Part shown: positions 12,468 to 25,700 of the stretch, in pieces
Layout: each line of letters opens with the position of its first letter
Position numbering within the stretch: the first letter of the stretch is position 1
Assembly: GCF_037042905.1 (NCBI RefSeq)
Contig: NC_087255.1
Coordinates: 21,824,001 to 21,888,000, forward strand
DNA from: Lytechinus pictus
Lineage: Eukaryota
Direction of reading: 5' to 3'
Length of the DNA: 64,000 bases
Position numbers and translations under genes: made by a program
Notes under the pieces: model-generated
What the model was told of the DNA's origin: nothing
The model's database searches: none
The model's input: the letters and a program-made list of their open reading frames with translations, nothing else

Positions 12468-15026
12468 TCATCATGCAGACAGATTTTGGATTGTCCGATT
12501 ATCTAATGACCTATCTACCCCTCCCCCCCCCCAAAAAAAAAAAAATCATATTGGTAGATGACATGAAGAGCAACAATTAATTTACGTTGCCGAAACATGT
12601 CACTTATGTTTTGTTTCCCTTTTCGTTAAAAACGTTTAAGTGAAATACTGTCAATCGCATGGCTATATCTGACATTTTTTCCCTTGCATTTCATTTCTGT
12701 TAGTGATTCATTTTTTATCGAAATTGCTAGAATTATATTGCAAGATTGTGTTGGTTAGTGCGTGAATTCAATGGTAACACAGAATTCACTTTCGTTAATG
12801 GCATTTCAGTATTTTATGATAATTGGTAACCCATAGACTTCATTTTCGAACCACTATCGACTTCCAAGCTGAACAATTTTGTCTGTGCTAGAAAAGGGAT
12901 ATTATTTGATCGACAGTTTGAATTTTACAGCTCGAGTCCTCCAATCTAGTGAAGCGAAATATTGTCCAATCTGACAAATGGAGTACTTACCAAAACAGAC
13001 TGAATTGGGTTATACTTTTTTAAGACCTTGAATTAGGAATTTCAGATGAGATGTGTTAGTTCAAAACATCTCAAACCATTTATCAAACTAGTTTAATGAA
13101 TGGTTTCGACTTGATATTTCCAAACCCCTTTTTGCCCTGATCTCACAACCTCATTCGGGCATAATTGTCTCTTTGACAGACAGAGTATAAGTCAAATAGA
13201 CTGAAGAGGCATTATTTAGAAAAAACCTTTATGACACTCCAAAAAAGAAACTGTTTAAGCTTTTCAAAGTGGGGGATTTTTGCTTTTCAAATACTACAAT
13301 TGGATGAAATGACAATCGAAGGAGAATTTCTGCTGACCAACAAATAATGGGGTGAAAAATGAACCGGGAAATTGAATGGCACTTCAACGAGCCGTGAATA
13401 GCATGTCAACAGCTAGTAAATGCCGACAGGATCAAGCATTGATAAGGAGGATGCTTTTGAAAAGGTCACAGACTTCCCAATGATACTTTGATTTTGCGGG
13501 AGTTGACAAATAACTATCTCAATAGACAATAGGGAATTTTCAAACATTTTGGCCCAAATATTCAATGGGAAACATGCATTCTCGGAAGTAAAGCAAGATC
13601 TCAGAAAATGAAACTTTCTCTACAAAAAAAAATCTCCGGGGCCCGTCTTACAAAGGTTTAGGATTGATCCGATCAACCTCAACTGTAAACTTGCACAATG
13701 TCCTTTGTAAGCAAAGAGAAGCACTCTGGATTTTCAATGAATGTATGAATTTACACCATTTCTAGAAAATATGTGCAAACATGAATTTAGGTGTTGATGT
13801 TGCTGGCTTTCCATAGTTATGGTTGATCCAGAGTTATGGTGGCCCAGGTGGTGATGTTTAATGTAAATGCATACAAGGAAAGACTCTTTCAAGCTCTCTT
13901 TTAATAGTCACTATCTATAATCAAATATAGTTTCATATAAAATTCATTGCAAATGGCACCATTTCGTTCAAATGTTGAACGTTTTATTATCATTTTTATA
14001 ATTGAAAAAGAAAATTATGAGGATGGGAAGAAAGAAAGAACACATAGTACATGAGATTGAGTTTATGCAATTAACTTTATTCAATAGTTCATGGCACACA
14101 ACTCTTTGTGTCTCTATCAATTAAAAAAAATTAATATATGGATTGTACAAGTAAAACAAATTAACCTGCTTCACTATCTTCCCCCCCAAAAAAAAATACA
14201 CAAATGAGAAATTGGAATAGCCAACTGACTCATTAATCACTTAAGAGAGGAAAAAAATAACTACACATAACTTATACGGGACCAAATCATTCTGTAGAGA
14301 GCTAGGGTGCAAGTGAAAACAATTGTGATTTGAAGGAAAAATACTGAAAAATTGATAATATTGTATACATTTTATTTCAATGTAGAAAAGAGAAATCTAA
14401 AATGTTATCAAAATAAAGAACATAAAAGTCCATCTTTCTAAATGTCAAGGCTTACAATACTGGGAGGAAAAGAATGCTACAAAAATAGGTAAAATTTAAA
14501 CATATTTTTTTTGCTTGTTAATTCACTTTGCAATTGAATTTTTCATTTTGTAAACAACGAATATAGATGTACATGTAATATTTGTCTATATCTAAAAAGA
14601 AAAGATAAAGACAAAACAGAACCAGATAAACATGTATAAAATCGAAAGAGCAAATATTAAGAAGGGAAAGATGAGGAAAAGAATAAGAGGAAGAGCAAAG
14701 CATAAGGGACAGAAAAAGCAGAACCAAATAAGACTCAAAATATATAGGAAAATGATAAGATGAAGATTTTTAATGCCTTGTTAGTTCATGGACAATTGAA
14801 CAAAGAACAAATGTTCAGAATATGACATTTCTAGTAACATAACCTTTAAGAAATATAGTACTACACTTTTGAAATTGCATTTCTTGCATATACTTGCATT
14901 TTTTTCTTTAAAAAAAAGTAGGAATACACTTTCTTAAAAGTTTATTTAATTTATTGAAGAGATCACCTTTTACCAATACTAACACTAACATACAGGTGTA
15001 CATTCCTTACATGCATTGAATGAAAG

Positions 15027-16448
15027 TTAAAGGTCAAGTCCACCTCAGAAAAATGTTGATTTGAATCAATAGAGAAAAATCAGACAAGCACAATGCTGAA
15101 AATTTCATCAAAATCGGATGTAAAATAAGAAAGTTATGACATTTCTCAGTTTCGCTTATTTTTAACAAAATAGTTATATGAACGAGCCAGTTACATCCAA
15201 ATGAGAGAGTCGATGATGTCACTCACTCAATTTCAATTTTTACGAATTTGACGATTGGGACCTCCTTGCCTGAAGCACAAAATGTTAAAATAATGGAATT
15301 CCACGTGTTCAGGGAGGAATGAAACTTCATTTCACATGACAATGACGAGAAAATAAAAATATTTCATATTTCATATGATAAAATACAAAAGAAATAGTGA
15401 GTGAGTGATGTCATCAGTTCCTCATTTGCATACCGACCGAGATGTGCATATAACCATGGACCTATTACGAATGGACATTCAACGAGAGCATTTTATGACC
15501 ACCACCTGTTTCCAGCTGTCAAAATTGCTGTCTAACCCTTAACTTTCTCTTTACGCGGTTTTTACAATGACCGCCCGGTGTGATTGTTTACACAAGCTCC
15601 TTTCGCCCGATGATCGTCACCGATCGATCACTGGCCCTCTTTCGACCAAAGACGGTCATGTTGTAGCCCCGATTGCCAATAGGGAAAGTCCTTACATTAC
15701 CTAGAATGCAATGCGCTATTCATATCCGGTTTTTCAGTACATTATTTTAGGCTCTCTATAATGTGCGATTGTCGTCTGTCCATCAAAAAAAATCCCGTTA
15801 AATTTCATCAATCCTGTGGAATTTTATGCCCAAATGAAAATCAACTTCTGACCGAAGGTAAGCGCTACTATCGACATCGATACTGTCCGAAAAAGCTGAG
15901 ATTTTAACGTTTTTCCGCAGATTTTTTCGTCGAATTTCAACTGCTTTTTTGCCGTAGATATACGGATCTGCAAGGTGATGTCAATGCATTTCATTTCCGG
16001 TTGTTAGCGATGTACGTAAAAAATACGTTTATGCACGCCTGTTTTCTTGTTTCTGCTATCATTTTCATAGCGCTAACGTTCGCTGCTGTGCGTTGCTTTT
16101 GATAAAGTGAACGAACAACATCGCAATGGGTAGGAGCAGCGTACAATTGATTTCCGCTGTCAATCAGTGAGAGCATGTTTTACGACCGGCTTGATGGGTG
16201 TCAGCTGCCAGCGCTCTGTTTATAAAAGGATTAGCGGCGACGGTCTCTGTGTCAAAGGAGGGGATTCGTTGAATGTCCATTCGTAATAGGTCCATGATAT
16301 AACTGTTTTGTGAAATGAAGCGAAACTTTAAAATGCCATAACTTTCTTATTTTACATCCGATTTTGATGAAATTTTCAGTGTTATGCTTGTTGAATTTTT
16401 CTCTTTTTATTCAAATCAAGTTTTTGTTGGGGTGGACTTGTCCTTTAA
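15027..16448. mobile_element. Kolobok-like MITE interrupted by a nested element
   Basis: TTAA|AGGTCAAGTCCACC...GGTGGACTTGTCCT|TTAA. Confidence 0.85.
15455..16296. mobile_element. Non-autonomous P-element-like transposon (nested)
   Basis: Perfect 31-bp TIR CATGGACCTATTACGAATGGACATTCAACGA; 7-bp TSD ATATAAC at 15448-15454 and 16297-16303. Confidence 0.85.
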
Positions 16449-16690
16449 AAACCCCCAAATAAACAAAAAATTAATTCCATACAGATACATGTATAGTATA
16501 GGCCAATACTGGTACTAGTTTTTTGTTTTCTAAATATTATTGCTAACATGTTATATGTAACTTGTTACACTAAAACATACACCTTATACAAGAACAAACA
16601 TATACAGATAATATATAGGGTAAGCAATAACAAGAATTTTATAAACAAATAATGGAAGTTCCAGACAAGAAACTGTCATAAGGAGCAGTA

Positions 16691-16730
16691 TCAAAATTTA
16701 GTGTTTTCTCCGTTGTCAAAGCCTTCATTA
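16691..16730 (-). CDS. Terminal coding exon with stop; PDZ-type C-terminus
   Basis: Strong acceptor tctttattttctattcacag|, phase 2; (D)NEGFDNGENTKF-TGA. Confidence 0.7.
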
Positions 16731-19700
16731 CTGTGAATAGAAAATAAAGAGAGGGAGAAAATAGATGAGTAATTTAATTGAAGAATGAAACAAATGCTAG
16801 TATACATTTGGTTGAACTCCTCCTCCTCTAATTCTTCTTTCACTGAGTCTTCTCCTTCTGTCCATCAATCCACCTTCTTACTTGTTATTTTTCTTCCTCT
16901 GTCTTCTCCTTTCTCACTACTCTTCTTTTCATCCTTTTCCTTTCTTCTTCTTCCCTTCCCTCCCTCTCCATCTTTCTTCCTTCCCCTTTCCTCCTCCTTA
17001 CTTACCATTGTTCTCCCTTCTCCTCCCTCCTCCTTCTGCCTCCTCCTCCAGCTCCTCATCCTCTGCCTCCTCCACCAACTCCTCATCCTCTGCCTCCTCC
17101 TCCTCCACCACCTCCTCCATCTCTGCCTCCTCCTCCTCCACCACCTCCTCCTTCTTCTCCATCTCTGCCTCCTCTTTCCTCTCCACTCTCCTTCTTCCCC
17201 TTATTCACTATCTTTTTGCACCCCCCCACAAAACAACCACCATCTCAGAACTGGAAGCCACAGATTACACAAATGACAATGAAACATATCTTGTTTGACG
17301 GTTCGCATGGTGGAATAAAAAAAAATTGCTGAAGCGGTTTACAGTACACCATGTGTAAGATCCTGGACTTTACACATGGTATAGCGTAAACCACTTCCGC
17401 GAATGAAAGATATCTTACTCTTCGCCAGGAGTAGCAGCATCAGAATAAGTTGCATCAGAATAAGTTGCATTGGTAAAAGTTGATGTTGACGGCCTCTCAG
17501 ATTGCTTTAATGGCACTGCGTAGTCCGATTCTTCTTCATATTCTGAAATTCAAAAGATGAAAATATTGAGAAGCGTGTTGTGCATAAGTATTGAGAGTTA
17601 AGTTTGTTTCTTACTGAATAAACTAGAATGAAGTCAGTGGTGTCGAACAAATGTACCCCCCCTCCCAACATCTTACAAATAGGTCATCAGTTGATGTACT
17701 TCAAGGAGCAAGTGGACTAGACAACTCTGACACCTTTACCCAAAATGATCCCCACAAATATATAAGCAGAAAGCTTGGGGCCCTTACGAGTCTGATCAGC
17801 ACTGAGGAAAACATGTGCCTAATCACTGGGCTTTAGAAAAGTTCACAAAAGCGGTTGATATGAGTCCGCAAAATTTAAGGTTGGTAAAAGCTTCCAAATT
17901 ACAGTAGACAAAACAGAAGTGTATGGAACATCAAATCACCATCTTATGGTGTGGAGCATTGTGGCCCAGTGGATTAGTCTTCGGACTCTGAAACAGAGTG
18001 TCGTGGGTTAGAATCCCAGCCATGGCGTAATTTCCTTCGGCAAGAAATTTATCCACATTATGCTGCACTCGACCCAGGTGAGGTAAATGGGTACCTGGCA
18101 GGAATTTATTCCTTGAAATGCCACCGCGCTGTAAAAGACTGCGGGGACTAAAGCCAGGGAAATAATATCCAATCAAGCGCATACATGTAGGGACGCATTT
18201 GGCAGTGATATGCGCTATATAAGCATTTTGATTTTTTGATTTGATTTATTGTTTTCTTCTGCATCCATAACATTCGTATAATACATTTTTTATAACATAA
18301 TAAACATAATATGCTAGCATTTTTGGCATGAATCATAAATAAAGAGTATTAAAAAGATAATTTCAGACAAAAATGATTAACTATATGATATTCACAATTT
18401 GCAGGAGAAGGATTGTCATCATAAGCAGATTGCTTGAAAAAAATGACAATCCCAAACTTATACTAATTGAATTAATTAATACATTTATAAAGCAGAATGG
18501 GCATACATTTTCAAATACAAAACATGAATTCATGCAATATTATAGTATGAAGATGAAGATGATAAAGCTTAGGGTGACGGTGATATGATGATGTTGATGA
18601 TGATGATGATGATGATGATTATGAAGGCCATGGAGATGATGGTGGTCATGATGGTATAATTATTATCAACACAGTTTGATTTCCATTTTTTTTCTAAAAC
18701 ATGTGAGATTAGCATGAATTTAGTGAAATACTATGATCAGAAGGGTACAAGATGACTGTGACCTGAATTTAAAATGAGTCTGAGTTGAGTTTGCGATACT
18801 GCCAATCTGAGAAGAGTGTGGGCTTGGTGTGAAAGGGTTCATAAAAACACTACGTCTGAGATGAGATTGAGATGAATCTTAGCTACCGTAAGACAAATGT
18901 TGATTTGCATCAGATAAGTCCGAGACATGCTAAAGGGGAAAATCAGCCTGAAGAAAAGTTTGTTGTAAAAATAGCATAAAAATAATATTGGTGAAGATTT
19001 GAAAAAAATTCATTAAAGATTAAGAAAGTTATTAGAATTTTAAATCTGGGATTTATGGCATCATAAACAAGCTACCCCATAATGCATAAATTTCAATTTT
19101 TTGAATTGTACATGAGGACTTAATTTTGTTTTATTTTATGAACGGATGTGAAATGATTTGTCTATTGATATACTGAAAGTACAGTAAAAACCATTTTCGA
19201 TTTTCTAAGAAAATGACTTTTCATTAATTTTTCACCATGCATTAGATAAGAAAGCTGCTTGCATATGACGTCACAAATCAAATAATTAAAATTGTAATAA
19301 CTTTTTTATTCTTTGATGGATTTTTCTCAAACCTTCGGCAATATATTTTTTTAATTTTTCTACTATTTTTGCAATAAACTTTTTGCTAGGGCAAACTTCC
19401 CCTTTAAGTGTGAGATGAGTTTGCGATCTTGTACGACTGATAATAGTTTGTGAAATGGGTACGATAGAGAGTACATCTGATATAAGGTTTAGACTAATGT
19501 GAAATGATTCAGAGATTAAAAAAACATGACTGAGATGGGTCAAAGACGAGTGTGAGATAAGTTTGCAATACTATAAGTATGAGAAGTGTGTGAAGTAAGT
19601 GCGAAGTACGGAAGATATACAGGAAGTCCGAGAATAATTTTTGACATTGATAAGAGATACAGTACATATGAGAGATGATTCAGAGATTAAAAATTATGAC

Positions 19701-22700
19701 TGAGATGGGTCAAAGACGAGTGTGAGATAAGTTTGCAATACTATAAGTATGAGAAGTGTGTGAAGTAAGTGCGAAGTACGGAAGATATACAGGAAGTCCG
19801 AGAATAATTTTTGACATTGATAAGAGATACAGTACATATGAGAGATGATTCAGAGATTAAAAATTATGACTGAGATGGGTCTAAGATGAGTGTGAGATAA
19901 GTTTGCAATACTGTAAGTATGAGAAGTGTGTGAAGTAATTGTGAAGTAACGAAGATATACAGAAAGTCCAAGAATAATTTTTGACATTGGTAAGAGATAC
20001 AGTACATATGAGAGATGATTAAGAGATTAAAAATTATGACTGAGATGGGTCTAAGATGAGTGTGAGATAAGTTTGCAATACTGTAAGTATGAGAAGTGTG
20101 TGAAGTAAGGAAGATATACAGGAAGTCCAAGAGTAATTTTTGACAGTGATAAGAGATACAGTACACATGAGACAAGAATTAAATCTGAGATAACGTAAGA
20201 CTGAGAAGAGTCTGAGATGGGTATGCAACTGCTTTGCTCTTGATAATTCAATGACCTTTCTCAAAAGTCAGATCCTCTTCTTTCCCACAGGACTCCTGCA
20301 AGCAGCTTTTCATTACAAATCATCACAGTAAAAATAGACAAAACGGTTTATTTCCGATTCGTCTAATGCCAATTCGTCCACTCACCACATGGTCTACTTT
20401 CATTTAGTCTAATGCCATTCCGTCTAATAACCAGTTGGTCCAATAGCCATTTAGTCCATAATTAGACCAAATGTTAAATTGTGCAAAATGAATGAAAATG
20501 AAATGGATATTAGACCAATTGGTTATTAGACGAAATGGTCATAGACCAAATGGTGATTAGACGTAGTGATAATTGGACCAAATGGCTAATGGATCAAATG
20601 GTTGTTAGACGAAATGTTGATGGACAGAATGGCATTAGACTAAATGAAAGTAGACCATGTGGTGAGTGGATGAGTCGGCATACACGAATTGGCAATTTAC
20701 CAACAAAACAATGGGGATTGCAGGAAAGCTGCAATGAAAAGACACATCGTGCCTTTATAGTGGGATCCTGCTAAAAAACATACTGAGACTTTTGATATGG
20801 TACCTAACTAAAACTGAACATGAACTGAAACTCAATTATTAGTTCTCACTGTATGTTTGCAAATCCTGCGAGTTCATGAGACCATCACCAGTCTGCATTT
20901 TTCCTTTCTTCCGTCGATGTCTGGAGAAAGGAAGTAAAACAATAAAAGTGATATTACAAATTTACAACAAAAGAAAACAAATTAGCTGTAGCAGCAGAAG
21001 TAGCATCATTTCTGCCAATTGCCGTAGAAACACAAATTGCCAAAGGAATATCATTTTAAATTTACGTACAAAGAAACAAAGTTTACACCACACAAATCAG
21101 TGTTTTTTTTCTCAAATCCAGACATATTTTGATACAAGTATACCTTTATTTTCCCTTCTTCTAAATAAATCAGAAAATAAATCACATATTCCAGCCACAG
21201 TACCCTGGGGGTGTGACTTAAAGCCATGCTTAACCCTAAACAGGCCGGGGGGGTTGAATCAACCCCCCCTCAACATTTTCTGTGATCATTCCGCCGCGCG
21301 AGATTTTTTGACCGCGCCACTCGCAGAGTTTGCACTTTTAAGTCTCGCGCATCTTTTGAGACCAAATTTACGACACCCGGGTACGCGGTTCCGAAATTAC
21401 ACAACATTTTGTAAGTGCAAGTCAGACCAAAAATTGTTCCAAACGGTGATTTTGTGTACAAAGTCAAAGCAAATTGAGTTTTCTCATCTTATTCATAAAG
21501 ATATGAATATTTTTTACTTTAAACAGCTGAAATCAATTGATTTTAGCATAATTATGCTTCAAAAAGGTTGTGCAATAAATCTGGTGAAAAAAACAAAGAA
21601 ATACATAAGAAATTCATAAAACAATAAAATACATAAGAAATTGATTTCCAAACTGAAGTTTTTTTCAATTGCGATTGTTAAGAATGCTACAAAGAATATT
21701 TTTACCAAAAAGAAGCATTCTAGGAGCTTTATTTAGTGAATAAGAGCAAAAAGTATGATTTATGCATAAATTAGCATAATTAATTCATATAAAATAAAAT
21801 CTCATTATTTTGGAAAATTTTACCATACAGCCTTTTAGATTACATTGCACACTACCAGCGTGCAAATTTTTGCGGCGCTCGCGCAATCGGCGGCCGAGAT
21901 CTCAGGGGGGGGGGTTGAATCAACCCACCGGCCACAGAACAGCCAAAAAAGCCCGGCCTAGTTAGGGTTTAAGGCCGATGCTCACATGATTTTTAAATCC
22001 CATTGATTTAACGCGAGTCCCCTAAGCATGATTTCACCAATGATGTGATACGTTTTATACAGCAAACAACTACGAGTTTACGTGTGGCTTAAGGCTCTGT
22101 GAAAATTTCTGCGAAACAACCCCAGATACCTACTGCACAAAGCTCATGGGAAATCAGAAGTCAACAGGTTTACACTATTCCACATACCTGACCTCTATTC
22201 CCACCACTGTTGATACGACTAAAGCGAAGCTCCCAACCACTATCAATGAGATGGCCCAAGGTTCAAGCCCCTGTGTAGGGGGATCGGTCCTTGGTCCATC
22301 GGTCGTAGGTTGTGCACTGGGGGTGACGGTGTACTCAAACCCCTCCCCCATGATGTCCTTGATCGTGGTCTGCGAAGTCTCCTCCATGAGAGAGGTTTGT
22401 ACAATCTCGGGTTCGATGCCCATGATGATGTCCTCGTCAGCCATGCTGGGGTTGCCTACCCAGGTGGTGATATGGAGGTCGTTCTCAACGGCAACAGTGT
22501 CAAGGAATTCAACATCGCTGGCACTAAGATTAAAAGAAATAAAGACTGTATCTTCTGTTTGGATATGCAAAATTTGCTTATTCATACACACATTAAACAA
22601 ATCTTTCTCTTTATTTTTCAGTACAATAGCCATTAGGTGGTACACAGTTTACTCTATTTTGTATTGAGACCTTTGTTAAATATGCTTTAAATATACAATC

Positions 22701-25700
22701 TATTATCAATGCAATATCCTCAAATTCATACAAAAACACAACAAATCCTATCCATTGACTTTTCAGAGCATAGCTATTGAGCAATGCATGATATACCCCA
22801 CAACTATGCAATATAAACACATAAATACATCATTGGAAATAAGCCATGTCAGCTTTCATGAACTATCCTGTAATGGTATTTTTGATGATTTATGTTATAC
22901 TTTTATCTGTTGTATCATACCGGAAAATGAAATAAAATTGATCAATAAATATAATCAATTAATAAAACTTAACAGATATTAGTAAATATATTATTGTAGA
23001 TTTATCACAAAGTTCCAACCAAAATAATTTCATGACATACAATGTACCTGAAGGTTAGCTCCAGAATACTTGCATCTCTTCTTCTTCGTTGCAGCGCTTC
23101 ACAGGTATCGGATTTATCCCTGCAGTAATCAGTCATCGATGTAGCTATACCAGTGGCAAGGTCTTCCTGACGATCATGAGTGAACTACAAAAGAAAAAAA
23201 AATTATGTACTTTATATAAAACAGTAAAATAAGGAAACTCAACAAAATTCTGAGCCAGTATTGCTTCTTTTAGCAGAAATCCCTCCAAGTGCCTTTGCTT
23301 TTAAACATCCAGTCTACAAAAGAGTTTTGGATTGGGTAAGCCACTCAGAATCCTGCAATGGAGCGGAAGGTCATGACATTTGTTTAAGAACATAAACACT
23401 GGTTTGAAATTTTTCAACTCGAAATACTGCCATGAATATCATAACAAATATTATTTTTATTTTAGAGCAGCACTGAGCTAAATATGCTTTACAGATATAT
23501 TATTACATCAAACAAAAGATTCTGTACCCTGTTCATGTAGGAAATTGATGAAAGGTTGATGAAAGCAATGAGACAAAAAATCCCCCAAACTCCAACAATG
23601 TTCTCAGTAAAGGCCTCAATACTTTAAGAAATATAATGTCAACATAAAAAAGAAGAAATACATACTGCATGATTCATAAATTTCTCTTCTTTATCATAAT
23701 ATAATGGCAAGTTAAATGCATTAATGACTATATCAGAAACAAATGATATATTCTTTGATAATCCCCAACATAATGCTTTCAATTGGGACTATTCATGATG
23801 AAAGGCAGAACGGTCAATGACTCACCCATCCAATAGGTTCATTCTGAACGATGAAGATTACAGAATCAGCTATCTCATTGTAAGGTGTAGGTGGTTCTGT
23901 ATTGGACGGAATGACATGTGTGTGTTAGGATCCTTGCATCAATGGAGGCACATACATGGAATAATTGCATTGATCTAAGTACTACAGTAGAACATGTGTA
24001 ACGCTAGGATGTTAATATGAAGTGATCAAGTTTTGTGTGATCTTAACATACCTCTGGGTCCCACCTTATACACACTGTGAATGACTCAATCAATGTAAAC
24101 TATGACAAGCCAGTAACACCATAATTTGTAATCTAGAACATGCATGCATGTTTGAGTGTTAAGCTGAATTGATGGCATATACTCTGCATCTTTGCAATCT
24201 GACAGGTGTATTGAAAGAACGACATTAGCGTGTTAGGATCCTTTTGTCAATGGAGATACATACAGTACATGAGATAATTGCATTGAATGTAGCACTAATG
24301 CATGTTGATATGAAGCCATAATGTGTTTAGTGATATAACATATTTCAGGGTCCAATCTTACAAATAAAATGTGAATGACTCAATTAATCTCAACTATGGT
24401 AAGCCAGTAACATCACAATTTGTAATCTAGAACATGCATGTAAGAGTGTAGATCTTGAAATTGATGACATATACTCTGCAACCTTGTAACTTGACAGGTA
24501 TATTATATTGGAAAGAAGTGACTTTAAAGAGAAATTCCAGTAGTTGCAGTAAACACTGATTTCATGAGAAAGTCTGTAAAACCAGGCTTAATTGTCAGTA
24601 TATCATCGAGGATCTAGATCTGGTACAGTTACATGAACTGAACTTTGTGAAATCTTGAAATCTACGCTGAAAAATGTTCAGACTGAACTTCCCCAACACA
24701 GATAAGCGCACGTGGGACAGTGTATAATTATTGCTTTGAGCGTCGGGCCCGACGCTCTACCCGAATCCTGTGCTTATTTGCTGATTTCTCAGCAATTACA
24801 CAATTTCTTCCAGAATCCTTTGGCACATGCGTTTTATTTATACAAACAGACACTTTGGTGGTCATTTCATTGGATTCTGTACGAACTCATTTTGATATCG
24901 TTACCAAAACTAGAATTTACCTTTAAGATGTTAGGATCCTTGTGTCAATGGAGACACATACATGGGATAATAGACCAGTTCGTAGTTACTCATGGACAAT
25001 TTTGGTCAAATGACCTTTCATTTCTTTCATTATGATAGGCAGATTTCAAAGCAAAATATTACGTAAGCTTGCCTTACATAGCAGGATGAAGAAATTAAAT
25101 AGACCAGGTGACTAGAATAGCACAACAATGAACACTTTATGAAGGTATCCGTTGCATTCCTACTTTGAATGCATATCATAGCATGTTGCACAATGTACTT
25201 GGCAAACTGTGAAAACCAGACGTTCATGGACGCGTTTTTGTTTTTTGTGGATGTAAATGGAAAACCACAATTCAAAAGAATATATGAATAATCAAGACAT
25301 CAAAGTTGGTGCTTATCTCATTAGATTTTAAACCACCATGTCACTTTATTACAAATGACCTTCCTCTGATCATGCGTAGAATCTTTTGATCATGCGCAGA
25401 AAGAAACTACGAACTGGCTTATTGCATTGAATGAAATACCACTACATGTGCATGCTAATATGAAGCCATCAGGTTTATTGTGATCTAAACATACCTCTGG
25501 GTCCCACCTTAAACACACTGTGAATGACTCAATCAATGTAAACTACCACAAGCTAGTAACACCATAATTTTTAATCTAGAACATGCATCTATGAGGTGAG
25601 TGTAGATCTCAAATTGATGGCATATACTCTGCAACCTTGTAATTTGACAGGTATATTTTATTGGAAAGAAGTGACATGTGAGGATCCTTGTGTCAATGGA

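Noticed and set aside
14040-16690. Defined 3' UTR and poly(A) site for the receptor
   Set aside because: Several AATAAA candidates (about 16406, 14941, 14371, 14076) cannot be ranked without transcript data.
16785-17298. Long Ser/Leu/Glu-rich ORFs
   Set aside because: Products of a C/T low-complexity tract in the last intron; no convincing splice signals.
19504-20172. Regular repeats as a CRISPR-like array
   Set aside because: Whole units repeat with no unique spacers; eukaryotic satellite.
20876-21619. 247-aa plus-strand ORF
   Set aside because: Runs antisense over an exon and through a piggyBac-like MITE; no transposase motifs.
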